The notes below the pieces were generated by a model. The model saw nothing but the letters and a program-made list of their open reading frames with translations. It was not told where the DNA came from and made no database searches. A stretch of 64,000 nucleotides of DNA from Gemmatimonadaceae bacterium (GTDB lineage Bacteria; Gemmatimonadota; Gemmatimonadetes; Gemmatimonadales; Gemmatimonadaceae). The DNA lies in assembly GCA_051859245.1 (NCBI GenBank), contig JBHYGA010000004.1:932030-996029 (forward strand), given 5' to 3'. This document shows, in pieces, positions 10,558-20,672 of the stretch. The translations under genes and the position numbers were made by a program. How positions within the stretch are numbered: the first letter of the stretch is position 1; each line of letters opens with the position of its first letter.

Positions 10558-11507
10558 GGCGTGCCTCCCGCAGCACGAATCGCCTGCGTTTTTTCAGCGA
10601 TCGCAATCAGCAAGCGCTCCAGTTCCTTCTCGTATGCGTCCGCGGTCATGCTGTCCTTTCGCGTACGCAATGCGGCCACCTGCGACTCTAGCGTCTGACG
10701 TTCCGCCACGAGCGCTGCAACGCGCGGATCACTTGATACAGCCCGTCCACCAAAGGCGACCGTAGACGCAAGCGACGAATCACTCACCACCGCGTGCTCG
10801 GTGAGCATGCGGCTGTCTGTTTCGTACTCGCGCGCCACTTGGCGCTGCGCGAACGTAAACGACTCCAGCACGGAAATACGGCCGTCTTTGTTCGCGTCGG
10901 CTTCACCGGAGTTGAGACCGCGCACAAAGTACGTAGCAAAGCGCGTGTCATTCCGCTCCACGCTGCTCTTTGTGGCGGTCAGAATCACACGACGGGGACC
11001 GGCGAGCACGCGCACAAAATCGCCGCTCGCGCTGGCCGCATTCACAAACACTACCGTCTGCTGCGCAAACCCGCCGAGCCACATGTTAAAGTCAGCGGCG
11101 CTCGGATCAGGGCCCGGTAAGTTCACGCGCGACTCGGTGCCCTGTCCGCTCCCGTGCCCGTGCAGGAAGACGAACACCACATCACCGGGCTTCGCACGGC
11201 GACCAATCGTTGCAAACGCTGCTGCAACCGCTTCTTTCGTAGCCTTCCCACGAAAGCGCTTGCTGTCGCGCGTTGCGTCTTCGGTGAGCACAATGAGACT
11301 GGAATCGGCCACATTCCATTTGGTCTTGGCCACATCGTGCAGCAATACGGCCGCGCCAAAGAACGCATCACGATACGCCGGCTCGCCACCCAATCCGGTA
11401 ATGATGATGGCGTGCTGCTGCTGCGCGTGTGCAAACGGTGCAATCGTAGCGAGCGCGTACGCGATGGCTGCGACCGCTGTTGCGCGAACAAAGGAAATCC
11501 GTGTCAT
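10554..11507 (-). CDS. Secreted caspase/peptidase C13-fold protein, catalytic Cys apparently replaced by Ser
   Basis: Start moved to ATG 11507 (ATGA overlap with the upstream stop). Signal peptide AHA|Q, VFVFLHGHG, VNAASASG, VILTATKS, EF-hand-like DANKDGRISVLE, C-terminal coiled coil. Confidence 0.7.
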   Translation of the reverse strand: MTRISFVRATAVAAIAYALATIAPFAHAQQQHAIIITGLGGEPAYRDAFFGAAVLLHDVAKTKWNVADSSLIVLTEDATRDSKRFRGKATKEAVAAAFATIGRRAKPGDVVFVFLHGHGSGQGTESRVNLPGPDPSAADFNMWLGGFAQQTVVFVNAASASGDFVRVLAGPRRVILTATKSSVERNDTRFATYFVRGLNSGEADANKDGRISVLESFTFAQRQVAREYETDSRMLTEHAVVSDSSLASTVAFGGRAVSSDPRVAALVAERQTLESQVAALRTRKDSMTADAYEKELERLLIAIAEKTQAIRAAGGTP

Positions 11508-13795
11508 GCCAACCCCCGCCAACGACGCCAGGTCCACTCCGCGCCGAGGCACAGCGCCAGGAGTAGAAATACCGCTGGCATGTCCCAGAGGTCCTTTGTA
11601 TCACGTACCACCACGCCGGCTTCTGTATACGAGACATCATCTTCAAGTCGCGCAGCATCGGCGAGCGGTACGTACCGTCCGCCCGTTTCCTGCGCAACAC
11701 GACGCAGTAGTGCCACGCGCTGCTCGGCTTGCGTGACATCAGCGTCTGCGTCGTCTACAAGCAGTGTGCCATTGGTGGAGCGCAGCGTATCGCGTCCGCG
11801 TACGACCTGTGTGGCGAGGGTATGCACACCGGTTTCCGTGGGCACAAAACGCCCTGCGTACACACCATCGGCGCGCACCGACCAGTCGAGGCTTACATCG
11901 GTGGCCACACCGGTTGGTGAGATCACGGTGGTGCTCACCGATGCGTCGTTCACATCGAGAAACGATTCGTCGGCAATCTGCGCACGGATAGACACCGGCT
12001 CAGACGTGCCCACACGATCGGGCGAAGCGGCCACCGCGATGCGGTCAGGCACGCCGTCCACCAGCCAGCGTAACAGTTGCCGCCACAGCGTGAGATGTGT
12101 CTGATCTTCAACCGCCATATCGGCGTGCATGCGCCACAACCATGAGTCCTGCACACCGAAAATCGCACCGATGCCACGGCCGTATCGGTGGTAGGCAAGC
12201 AATGGTTGCTCTGTCGTGCTCTCGCCTGCACGTCCGCTCAGGAGCGACGTGGCGCCAGGACGCAGCGCACCAAGCGCGTTCACCGCCGTCAGCGGCGGCA
12301 GCTTGGTCCACTTGTCGGTTGATGCGGCGTCGTTATCGGCAATCTGCAGCGCGGCGTGTGATCGTCCGGCCGCGGTTGGGCGCAGCGTGTACACCACCGG
12401 CGCGACATCGCCGTTTCGCGGCGCACGATCAAGTGAAATTGGGAGTACGTCGGCAAACGGTGTGCCGCGATAACCGCCTTCCGTGAGTGCACTGCGTCCA
12501 CCAAGCGCGAGCAATCCGCCGCCGCGCACATTCACGAAGTCAGCCAGCATGCGCAGCTGATCGCCGGTAAAGAACGACGCTTCAATACTGCCGATCACCA
12601 GCGCGCGATAACTGAACAACTCTTCGCGAGTGGACGGAAAACCTGTGAGCAGTTCGAGACTGTCTTTGACACCAAGCCGCAGGAACTTCCCTTCGGCGCT
12701 GCGCAGCAGCCCCACAAGCTGCAATCCACTGTCGGCCGCGATGGCGCGTCGAAGGAACGCAAACTCGGGGCGGGGCTCGCCTTCTATATAAAGAACGCGA
12801 TCCGGACCGCGCCGCACCTGCAACACGGTGTGCGCCACATTGTTTTCGGGCACGAGCTCATTGGCCATCGGCGCAGCGCGTACCGACAACCGATATGTGC
12901 CGGCGGGGAGCGGAGGCACACGCAGTCGCACCGCGACCACATCACCCGTTTTTGGTGCGCGCACATTTTCAGTGGCCACAATGCGTCCGTCGGCTTCTGC
13001 CGTGACCGTGATCGCATCATTGCCTGTGCCGCGCAATCGCACTGAGGCATCCACCAGCACCGTGCCGCCGGCGAGCGCGCTTGATGACGCCGTGACACGT
13101 TCCACGGCCACGTCGCGCTCGAACCGTTCCTGTCCTACACCAACGGTGTACACCGGCACTTTGCGCGCGCGCAGGCCGAGCAGTGCGGCATCAAGATCAC
13201 CGCCGCCATTGTCGGCGCCATCTGAAACGACCACTACACCGGCCAGCGGCACACCGGTGAGTTCCTGCCGCGTAGCATCGAGCGCGTGGGCGATGTCGGT
13301 GCGCGAACTCGTGGCCTGCAATCCCGTCACGCTGTCGATGCTGCGTGTGTCTGCACCAAAACGGATGAACCGCAGCGCAAACTTCTCGGCGAGTGCGCGA
13401 ACCAGCGCGCTGGAGTCGGCAAAAGTGGACTGCATCGCGGCCAGACGCGTGCGGCCGTCCATATCGGCAATGCGCTGGCTGCGCGAATCGTCGAGCAGAA
13501 TGGCGAGCACGTTGCGCTGCGGCACGGCCGACGCAACCACGAGCGCCGGTCGCAGCAAGCAGGCGAGTACAACAAGCAGGGCAAGCGCGCGCAGCGAACC
13601 CAACACCGCTCGATCCAGCGGCCGGACGGACTGCAGCCGAGAGTACAGCAGACCCACCATCACCACCACGGCCACCGCGCAGGCAATGATCAGCGCGATT
13701 GGCAGGACCGGGGTCAGTACAAACTCACCGCGTTCATAAACGCGGGGCGAGTACTTGAAGAGGAACGTCAGGAAGGATTCGAGGAAGGAGGGCAC
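11504..13795 (-). CDS. Membrane protein with vWA, Ig-like (CARDB-like) and glutamine-amidotransferase-like domains
   Basis: 763 aa. N-terminal TMs, MIDAS DDSRS, VVSDG, PVYTVGVG, RVLYIEGEPRPE, GGGLLALGG, C-terminal EWTWRRWRGLA. Confidence 0.8.
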   Translation of the reverse strand: MPSFLESFLTFLFKYSPRVYERGEFVLTPVLPIALIIACAVAVVVMVGLLYSRLQSVRPLDRAVLGSLRALALLVVLACLLRPALVVASAVPQRNVLAILLDDSRSQRIADMDGRTRLAAMQSTFADSSALVRALAEKFALRFIRFGADTRSIDSVTGLQATSSRTDIAHALDATRQELTGVPLAGVVVVSDGADNGGGDLDAALLGLRARKVPVYTVGVGQERFERDVAVERVTASSSALAGGTVLVDASVRLRGTGNDAITVTAEADGRIVATENVRAPKTGDVVAVRLRVPPLPAGTYRLSVRAAPMANELVPENNVAHTVLQVRRGPDRVLYIEGEPRPEFAFLRRAIAADSGLQLVGLLRSAEGKFLRLGVKDSLELLTGFPSTREELFSYRALVIGSIEASFFTGDQLRMLADFVNVRGGGLLALGGRSALTEGGYRGTPFADVLPISLDRAPRNGDVAPVVYTLRPTAAGRSHAALQIADNDAASTDKWTKLPPLTAVNALGALRPGATSLLSGRAGESTTEQPLLAYHRYGRGIGAIFGVQDSWLWRMHADMAVEDQTHLTLWRQLLRWLVDGVPDRIAVAASPDRVGTSEPVSIRAQIADESFLDVNDASVSTTVISPTGVATDVSLDWSVRADGVYAGRFVPTETGVHTLATQVVRGRDTLRSTNGTLLVDDADADVTQAEQRVALLRRVAQETGGRYVPLADAARLEDDVSYTEAGVVVRDTKDLWDMPAVFLLLALCLGAEWTWRRWRGLA

Positions 13796-14029
13796 GGCGT
13801 TTCATTACGTACTGCGTGGCAATCGCGCTGGCCCGGTGGGACCAATCACTCGTGGGCGTGTCCGAACGTCTCACGGGGCTTCCATCTGCTGTGAGTCCAG
13901 ACCGCCAGGTACGTGCAACGTTAAGGGCGCGGGACAAAAGAATGTGCCAGCGGCTGCGGGACCGGCGTTCATGTGTTACATGAGGTGGGCGCTGTCGAGT
14001 GGCAAGAAGGCGCCGTTTTGCCCCGGAAT

Positions 14030-14140
14030 CGCAGATTAATAGTTCATTAAAAAAACATAACAAAGACACAGACGCGACAGTAATAAATTATGGAGTCGGG
14101 ATCGCCCAGGGGTAGCCTGACGCGGTCAGGCACTCCCAAC
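14030..14140. promoter_or_regulatory. AT-rich divergent promoter region with GC hairpin
   Basis: A/T-rich tract (TTAATAGTTCATTAAAAAAACATAA) between divergent genes; perfect GCCTGAC-gcg-GTCAGGC hairpin at 14115-14131. Confidence 0.45.
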
Positions 14141-14276
14141 CACCCCGCGTGTAATTACCGTCACTGCGCATCATCACCTTGCTGACCCGCGCATACTGCC
14201 CGCACGAGAGGGCTTCTCGCCTCCCGCGGGTACATACCCTCAGGCTCGAGGCGCGTTCACAGCGCGGGAGATCGTC

Positions 14277-15047
14277 ATGCTACGGACGGCCGGATTCGCT
14301 GCTCGGCTCGGCGTCACCTTTGGGCAGTCTTACATCCGTCGGCGCACCCGGGCGATGCTCGCCTCTGCCGCGCTGCTGGTCGCGCCAACCCTCGCCGCCG
14401 CTCAGGCCACGCTCACCGGTCGGGTCACCGACGAGTCCGGGGCCCCGATCGCCGGCGCCGAAGTGCTGGTCAACAAGTTTTCCGACGGTGTGCTCACCGA
14501 TAGCGATGGCATGTTCACCGTGCCGAACGTGTCGTACGGGCTGTACTACTACGGCGTTCGCAAGAACGGCTATCGGGGCAGTGCCGATCTCCTGCGCTTC
14601 AAACAAGGCTCCACGTTGGGTGTCATGCTCGAGGAAATCGGCGCGGACAAAGACAGCGTCAAGATCCAGAAGCGATCAGACGCCATGCTCGACCGCGAAC
14701 TGCGCCGCTTTGCGCTGGCGATTGAGGCCTCGCGGTTCGGCAACGTCATTACGGAAGAGGATATCGTCAATCGATCCCCGCTCTTTACGAGTGATCTGTT
14801 TCTTACGCAGCCTGGATTCGTCGTGATCGGCAGTGGCAATGCGAGTCGCGTGGTGGGCACCCGGGCGCGCTGCATTCCTACCGTGTTCCTGGATGGCCAG
14901 GTGGCGCGCGGCTTCAACATCAATGACATGTCGCCGCAGTTCATCAAGATCCTGATCGCCTATCGCAGCGCGAGCACGATTCCGGCGCAACTGCAGCTGA
15001 TCGACGGTAATCCCAACTGTGGCGTGATCGCGATTTTCACGGTGTAG
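14277..15047 (+). CDS. Secreted CarboxypepD_reg-like domain + TonB plug-like domain protein (no barrel)
   Basis: 256 aa. GGGAG RBS, signal peptide, LTGRVTDESGAPIAGAEV, C-terminal CIPTVFLDG...CGVIAIFT. Confidence 0.8.
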   Translation: MLRTAGFAARLGVTFGQSYIRRRTRAMLASAALLVAPTLAAAQATLTGRVTDESGAPIAGAEVLVNKFSDGVLTDSDGMFTVPNVSYGLYYYGVRKNGYRGSADLLRFKQGSTLGVMLEEIGADKDSVKIQKRSDAMLDRELRRFALAIEASRFGNVITEEDIVNRSPLFTSDLFLTQPGFVVIGSGNASRVVGTRARCIPTVFLDGQVARGFNINDMSPQFIKILIAYRSASTIPAQLQLIDGNPNCGVIAIFTV

Positions 15048-15182
15048 GAAAGCGTTTGAGAGCGTGCGCGAGCGGACTCATGTCCGCTTTCGCTCCCGGA
15101 TTACGCGATTGAAGCGTCCGGAGTTGCAGCCGTGCTGCTGCTCCGGAGCCTGCCTTCCTTTCGCCTCTCCGGAGTTCTCACC

Positions 15183-17879
15183 ATGCGACACACCCGCTCT
15201 TTGCTGTTTGTGACAGGTGCGATTTTATTGGCGGCCTGTCAGGATGTTGAACGCCGCCCGATCGCCACGGAGCCCGAGAACGCCGTGCGCGCAGATGTCA
15301 CCCCTCAGACGACCGCGAGTCTGCTGGTGACCTTCTTCGATCGCGGTGACAACAGGCTTCAGCTGATCCAGGCAATCAATGATGCCGGCGGTTCGATCAC
15401 ACGGGAGTATGAAAACTTCCCGGTGCTCGCTTTTCGCATTCCGGACTCTCCCGATCTGCGCGCCCGACTCGCGGCTCTTGAAGGCGTACGTAGCATCGAT
15501 GAGGACGGGGTGTTCGGGATTGATCTCGATGAGAGCCTCGCGGTGATGCGCATCAACACCGTACACGCACTCGGCTTTCGCGGTGCGGGTCAGACAGTTG
15601 CCGTGCTCGACAACGGATTCGATCGCGATCATCCGTTTATTGCCGGACGCGTCGTTGAAGAAGCGTGTTTTTCACAACCGACCGGCGGCACCAAGGTCTC
15701 ACTGTGCCCCAGTGAGGTCACAACACTGACCGGTGCAAACTCCGCGTCGTTGAATGTGACGCCGTGTACAAACGGCGCGAATAACCTGTGCACGCACGGC
15801 TCGCACGTTGCAGGAATTGCCGCGGGCAATGGCGCCGGCATTGCTGGCGCGCCGGCAGCGGGCGTTGCACCGGACGCGAATCTGATTCTGGTCCAGGTGT
15901 TTCATCGTGAGAACTCCTCCTGCGGCACGCGTCCGGCGCCTTGTACCCTCACCTCCTGGAGCGATCTGATCGCTGGGATCGACTACGTCTACGGTCTGCG
16001 CAACAATCACAGTATTGTCAGCCTGAACATGAGTCTGGGAGGAGGGGCCAACGCGGTTGCGTGTGATGCGAACAACTTGTCGCTGGCCGTGGCAATGTCG
16101 TCCTTGTTGTCGGCTGACATCATGCCTGTGGCGGCCGCTGGCAACAACAGCAACACGAACGGTGTGTCGCTACCCGCATGCCTCACGAACGTGGTAGCTG
16201 TCGGCAACACGACGGACACCGATCAACTCGCCGCCAGTACGGATCGCGGCGTGTTGTTGGATCTGTTCGCGATCGGAACGGGCGTGATCTCGTCCATCAA
16301 CAACGCCGGGTATGCGAGTTTCAATGGGACATCCATGGCCGCGCCGCATGTCGCGGGCGCGTTTGCAGTGCTCCGCAGTGCGTATCCAACGGAGGGGGTC
16401 GGTGATCTGCTCGCACGCATGACAACAACAGGCGTGGGCATCAGCTACGAGAGTGGCGGCGTGACGGTCACCACGCCCAGGCTTGATCTCGCAGCTGCGC
16501 TCGCGGCGGGGCAATCGCCACCAAATATTAGCGTGGGCGCATCCACCGTTACCGTGAACGAAGGTGCAACGGCCACAAACTCTGGTACCGCGAGTGCCGC
16601 CGAGGGAGTTGTCGCGTCGATCAGCGCTTCTGTGGGCACGGTCAGTCTTGGCGCATCAGGTACGTGGAACTGGAGCTTTGCCACGTCGGACGGCCCTGCG
16701 CAAAGCCAGACGGTCACGATCACTGCTACCAGCAACTTCGGTGTGACGTCCACGAAAACCTTTCAGCTCGACGTCAAAAACGTCGCGCCGACCGTGACCT
16801 TCGCCGCCAGCCAAATGTCAGCGGCCAATGAAGGCGGAACCATTGCAATCAACGCGACGCTTTCCGACCCGGGCGTGACTGATGGTCCGTTCATCGCGAA
16901 TGCCACGTGCTACACACTGGCAGGTGGGCAGCAGCTCGTTGTCGCCGTGACGGTGGGAAGCCTGTCCGTGGTGAACGGAACACTGACAGGAAGTCTGTCC
17001 TCCTCGGGTTGCCAGTACGGAGACAATGGCAAGTACACCCTGGAGCTGTCGGTCACTGACAAAGACGGTGCGAAAGGTTCAGCACAGCGTGAGGTGGACA
17101 TCAGCAATGTGAAGCCAGCGGTCACCATGGGCGGCGACAACACCACGCTGGTGAATGGTGTGCCTACGGTCTTCACGTCGATCAATACGCCGACCGCATT
17201 CAGCTCGGTCACAACAGACCCCGGAAGCGACGATTTGTCACTGCTGTGGGACTGGAAGGACGGCACCACCGCGTCCGCGGCGTCGCTGAATCTTGCGCCG
17301 AACCCGGATCCCGTGCTGAGCCCATCGTTAAACCCACGCTCGTTTAACAACGCGCAAAGCAAGAGTTTCGCGCAGGCCTGCTTCAGACAGATTTCACTTC
17401 GTGCAACCGATGACGACGGCGGGGTAACAACGCAAACCGCGAACGTGGTGATTGCCGGAAACTCCGAACGTGCGCGCAGCTCAGGGTATTGGCAAACGCA
17501 ATACCGCAATGTGCGCAGCAGCGCCGTTGGTGAGGGCACGTTGCTCTGCTATCTGCAGATCGCGGCGCAGCTCTCCTCGGTGTACAACGAGATACGCGAC
17601 GCGTCGACACTCGCCAAAGCAGGCGCGATACTGCAAAACAGTGGCAGTAGCGGGGATATGCGCTTCATCCTTGATCAGCAACTGCTGGCGGCCTGGATCA
17701 ACTTTGCCAATGGCGCGTACGGCTGGAACGATCTCGTCGACACAAACGGCGACAAAATTCCGGACACACCGTTTGCCGCGGCGATCGCCGGTGCGGAAGC
17801 GGTGCGCGGTAACCCGGCATCCACCAAAGCACAGCTCGAAGCCCAGAAGATCAGGATGGAGGCGATCAACCTGATGTAG
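15183..17879 (+). CDS. Subtilisin-like S8 serine protease lipoprotein with PKD/Ig-like repeats
   Basis: Start set at ATG 15183 (MRHTRSLLFVTGAILLAAC lipobox). Triad VAVLDNG / HGSHVAG / GTSMAAPHVAG, oxyanion AAAGN, NVAP...DPG...DKDG repeats. Confidence 0.9.
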   Translation: MRHTRSLLFVTGAILLAACQDVERRPIATEPENAVRADVTPQTTASLLVTFFDRGDNRLQLIQAINDAGGSITREYENFPVLAFRIPDSPDLRARLAALEGVRSIDEDGVFGIDLDESLAVMRINTVHALGFRGAGQTVAVLDNGFDRDHPFIAGRVVEEACFSQPTGGTKVSLCPSEVTTLTGANSASLNVTPCTNGANNLCTHGSHVAGIAAGNGAGIAGAPAAGVAPDANLILVQVFHRENSSCGTRPAPCTLTSWSDLIAGIDYVYGLRNNHSIVSLNMSLGGGANAVACDANNLSLAVAMSSLLSADIMPVAAAGNNSNTNGVSLPACLTNVVAVGNTTDTDQLAASTDRGVLLDLFAIGTGVISSINNAGYASFNGTSMAAPHVAGAFAVLRSAYPTEGVGDLLARMTTTGVGISYESGGVTVTTPRLDLAAALAAGQSPPNISVGASTVTVNEGATATNSGTASAAEGVVASISASVGTVSLGASGTWNWSFATSDGPAQSQTVTITATSNFGVTSTKTFQLDVKNVAPTVTFAASQMSAANEGGTIAINATLSDPGVTDGPFIANATCYTLAGGQQLVVAVTVGSLSVVNGTLTGSLSSSGCQYGDNGKYTLELSVTDKDGAKGSAQREVDISNVKPAVTMGGDNTTLVNGVPTVFTSINTPTAFSSVTTDPGSDDLSLLWDWKDGTTASAASLNLAPNPDPVLSPSLNPRSFNNAQSKSFAQACFRQISLRATDDDGGVTTQTANVVIAGNSERARSSGYWQTQYRNVRSSAVGEGTLLCYLQIAAQLSSVYNEIRDASTLAKAGAILQNSGSSGDMRFILDQQLLAAWINFANGAYGWNDLVDTNGDKIPDTPFAAAIAGAEAVRGNPASTKAQLEAQKIRMEAINLM

Positions 17880-17900
17880 GGCATCGGCTGGCGCAGACCG

Positions 17901-17922
17901 AGGGCGGGGATGATCCCGCCCT
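17901..17922 (+). terminator. Possible terminator hairpin after the S8 gene
   Basis: AGGGCGGG...CCCGCCCT 8-bp stem; no U-tract. Confidence 0.3.
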
Positions 17923-18095
17923 GGTGCCGCTCGTATGAAGTTCCTCAGAACGACGGGGTCACTGGTCCGCACGCATTGTGCGTTCACCGGTGGCCCCGTT
18001 CGCTACATCTATGCATTTTCAGGGGATAGTCGGATTGTTCGCTGACACTGCGCGCTCCCGCGCCACGACCCTCCCCAGTTTCCACACACCGCATC

Positions 18096-19313
18096 ATGGC
18101 CAAGATCAAGGTTGCGAATCCCATCGTCGAGATGGACGGCGACGAGATGACGCGCATCATCTGGAGCTTCATCAAGGACAAACTCGTCCTGCCGTACCTC
18201 GATCTCGAGATCGACTATTACGACCTCGGCATTGAACATCGTGACGCCACCAACGATCAGGTCACGATTGACTCGGCCGAAGCCACGAAGAAGTACGGAG
18301 TCGCGGTCAAGTGCGCCACGATCACGCCCGACGAAGCGCGTGTGGAGGAGTTCAAGCTCAAGAAGATGTGGCGCAGTCCGAACGGCACCATTCGCAACAT
18401 CCTCGGCGGCGTGATTTTCCGCGAGCCGATCATCATGAAGAACATCCCCAAGCTGGTGCCGGGATGGACCAAGCCGATTGTTGTCGGACGTCACGCGCAC
18501 GGTGATCAGTACAAGGCCACGGACTTCAAGGTGGCTGGTCCGGGCACGCTCACCATGACGTACACACCACAAGATGGTAGTGCGCCTATGGAGTTCGAAG
18601 TCGCCAAGTTCGGCGCCGACGGCGGTGTGGCCATGGGCATGTACAACTTCAACGATTCCATTCGTGATTTTGCGCGCGCCAGTTTTACGTATGGTTTGCA
18701 GCGCAACTATCCGGTGTACCTGAGCACCAAGAACACCATTCTCAAGGCGTACGACGGCGCGTTCAAGGATATTTTTGCGCACGTGTTCGAGAGCGAGTTC
18801 AAAGCCGAGTTTGATAGCAAGGGACTCACGTACGAACACCGTTTGATTGACGACATGGTCGCCGCCGCGCTCAAGTGGGAAGGCGGTTACGTGTGGGCCT
18901 GCAAGAACTACGACGGTGATGTGCAGTCGGACATTGTTGCACAGGGCTTTGGTTCACTTGGTCTGATGACCAGCGTGCTGCTCACGCCCGACGGCAAAAC
19001 AATGGAAGCCGAAGCGGCGCACGGCACGGTTACGCGTCACTACCGCGAACATCAGAAGGGGCGCAAGACGTCCACGAACCCGATCGCTTCGATCTTTGCG
19101 TGGACGCGTGGTCTCGCGCATCGCGGGCGACTTGATGGTACGCCAGATGTAGTGGCGTTTGCAGAAGCTCTGGAAGCCGTGTGTATTGAGGCGGTGGAAT
19201 CGGGCGAGATGACAAAGGATCTGTCGCTGCTGATTTCCAAAGACGCGCCGTATCTGAATACGGAAGATTTTCTTGACGCGCTTGATCGTCGTTTGCAAGC
19301 GAAGATGGCGTAG
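18096..19313 (+). CDS. icd: NADP-dependent isocitrate dehydrogenase (type II, eukaryote-like)
   Basis: 405 aa. [53 protein letters not shown]. Confidence 0.97.
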   Translation: MAKIKVANPIVEMDGDEMTRIIWSFIKDKLVLPYLDLEIDYYDLGIEHRDATNDQVTIDSAEATKKYGVAVKCATITPDEARVEEFKLKKMWRSPNGTIRNILGGVIFREPIIMKNIPKLVPGWTKPIVVGRHAHGDQYKATDFKVAGPGTLTMTYTPQDGSAPMEFEVAKFGADGGVAMGMYNFNDSIRDFARASFTYGLQRNYPVYLSTKNTILKAYDGAFKDIFAHVFESEFKAEFDSKGLTYEHRLIDDMVAAALKWEGGYVWACKNYDGDVQSDIVAQGFGSLGLMTSVLLTPDGKTMEAEAAHGTVTRHYREHQKGRKTSTNPIASIFAWTRGLAHRGRLDGTPDVVAFAEALEAVCIEAVESGEMTKDLSLLISKDAPYLNTEDFLDALDRRLQAKMA

Positions 19314-19762
19314 TGAATCGGTTTTTGTTGTGGGCCCCGTTCATCGGGATTGGCTCGTTTGTCACCGGCGCCAACATCGAGACGGGGCAGTCGAGGTACA
19401 CGATGCCAGTGGTCGGTGTGAGTGCGGAGTACGCGCTCACACCGAGGCTGAGCGTGGCGTCGTCGGCCGCCGCTGGTGCGTTGCCTGGCGGCTGCGCGGG
19501 AAGTTGTCCTGACGCGGGAGTCGCGCTGGATCTGTCCGCGCTGTGGCTCGTGACGTCGACTGACGAAGCATGGGGCGTTTTTGTCGGACCGAGCGTGGCC
19601 TACACGACGTTTGGTGCTTCGACTGCCGGAGTGGGTGGCGCAGTCAGCGCGGGCGTGCGGCGCGGTATTGGTCCCCGTCTCACGATACGCACGCACGCGA
19701 TGTTCGCCGGTGAAGTGCGGCGAACGACGCGCGCTGAGCTGGGGTTGGTGCTCACGCGGTGA
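19313..19762 (+). CDS. Hypothetical protein, possibly small outer-membrane beta-barrel-like
   Basis: 149 aa. GTG overlaps the icd stop; alternating hydrophobic/Gly beta-strand pattern; no clear signal peptide. Confidence 0.45.
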   Translation: MNRFLLWAPFIGIGSFVTGANIETGQSRYTMPVVGVSAEYALTPRLSVASSAAAGALPGGCAGSCPDAGVALDLSALWLVTSTDEAWGVFVGPSVAYTTFGASTAGVGGAVSAGVRRGIGPRLTIRTHAMFAGEVRRTTRAELGLVLTR

Positions 19763-19851
19763 GCCTGCGGATCGCGGACCGTCACCGAGGGTAGAACAGG
19801 TAGACGAGACGTACACGTCTCGAGTTCACACCTTGCCCGAGGACCGGACCG

Positions 19852-20643
19852 ATGAAGTCAGCAGCCAAAGCCGAGGCGATTGAAGAGACGGAGACCGCGG
19901 CCCGCGAGGCCTCGGTGCGCCGTCTGGTGGTGATTGCCGCGCTCACCGTGGGCACACTGCTGGCGGGCACGCTGCTCGCGCAAACGCCGGCACTGAAAAC
20001 GGTCGCGTACAGCGGCGCGCAGGACGTGCGTCAACTGTACGGCACTGTGACTGACGACGCAGGTCGTCCGATTGCGGGTGTTGAAGTCTCGGTGCGCGAC
20101 AAGAATGGTGAAGTCAGCACCGTGACGACTGATGCGATCGGTCGCTATCACGTCACCGAAGTGCCTGACGCGTTGTTTGCGATTGGCGCGCGCCAGACCG
20201 GCTTTGCGCCAGTGGCGAAGTTGCTACGCTCCGCGCCCAACGGTGCGTTCGATCTGACGCTCGCGCATGTAGACGACGAAGAACAGGAGCGTAAAGTGGA
20301 GAAATCCTGGCGCCGCGATCTCGAGCTGTATGATCGTGCGATGGACGTCGCGGTGCCGAGTGGTGTGTTGCTGCCGGCCGACTTTGACCTCGCGAAAACA
20401 TCATTCACCGGCGATCTGCTGAATCTGCTGCCCGGTTTTCCGCGTGCACCCGAGCGCACGGCGTCGCGTTGCGCGCAGGTGTTGCTCAATGATTTCCCGC
20501 AGGGCAACGTGTCGGTGAGTCAGATTCCGGTGGAGAATCTCAAGCTGGTCATGGTGCGCACACCGGGCAATCCGCTGCCGGATGCGTGGCGACCGTTTGT
20601 TTATTCGACGGCGTGTACGGTGTTGGCGGTGTACACGCTGTAG
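19852..20643 (+). CDS. Secreted CarboxypepD_reg-like + degenerate plug-like protein (paralogue of 14277..15047)
   Basis: 263 aa (true start may be GTG 19915). LYGTVTDDAGRPIAGVEV; C-terminal CAQVLLND...CTVLAVYT. Confidence 0.75.
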   Translation: MKSAAKAEAIEETETAAREASVRRLVVIAALTVGTLLAGTLLAQTPALKTVAYSGAQDVRQLYGTVTDDAGRPIAGVEVSVRDKNGEVSTVTTDAIGRYHVTEVPDALFAIGARQTGFAPVAKLLRSAPNGAFDLTLAHVDDEEQERKVEKSWRRDLELYDRAMDVAVPSGVLLPADFDLAKTSFTGDLLNLLPGFPRAPERTASRCAQVLLNDFPQGNVSVSQIPVENLKLVMVRTPGNPLPDAWRPFVYSTACTVLAVYTL

Positions 20644-20672
20644 GCAACACGAAAGTCGCGCGCTGGCAGCTA

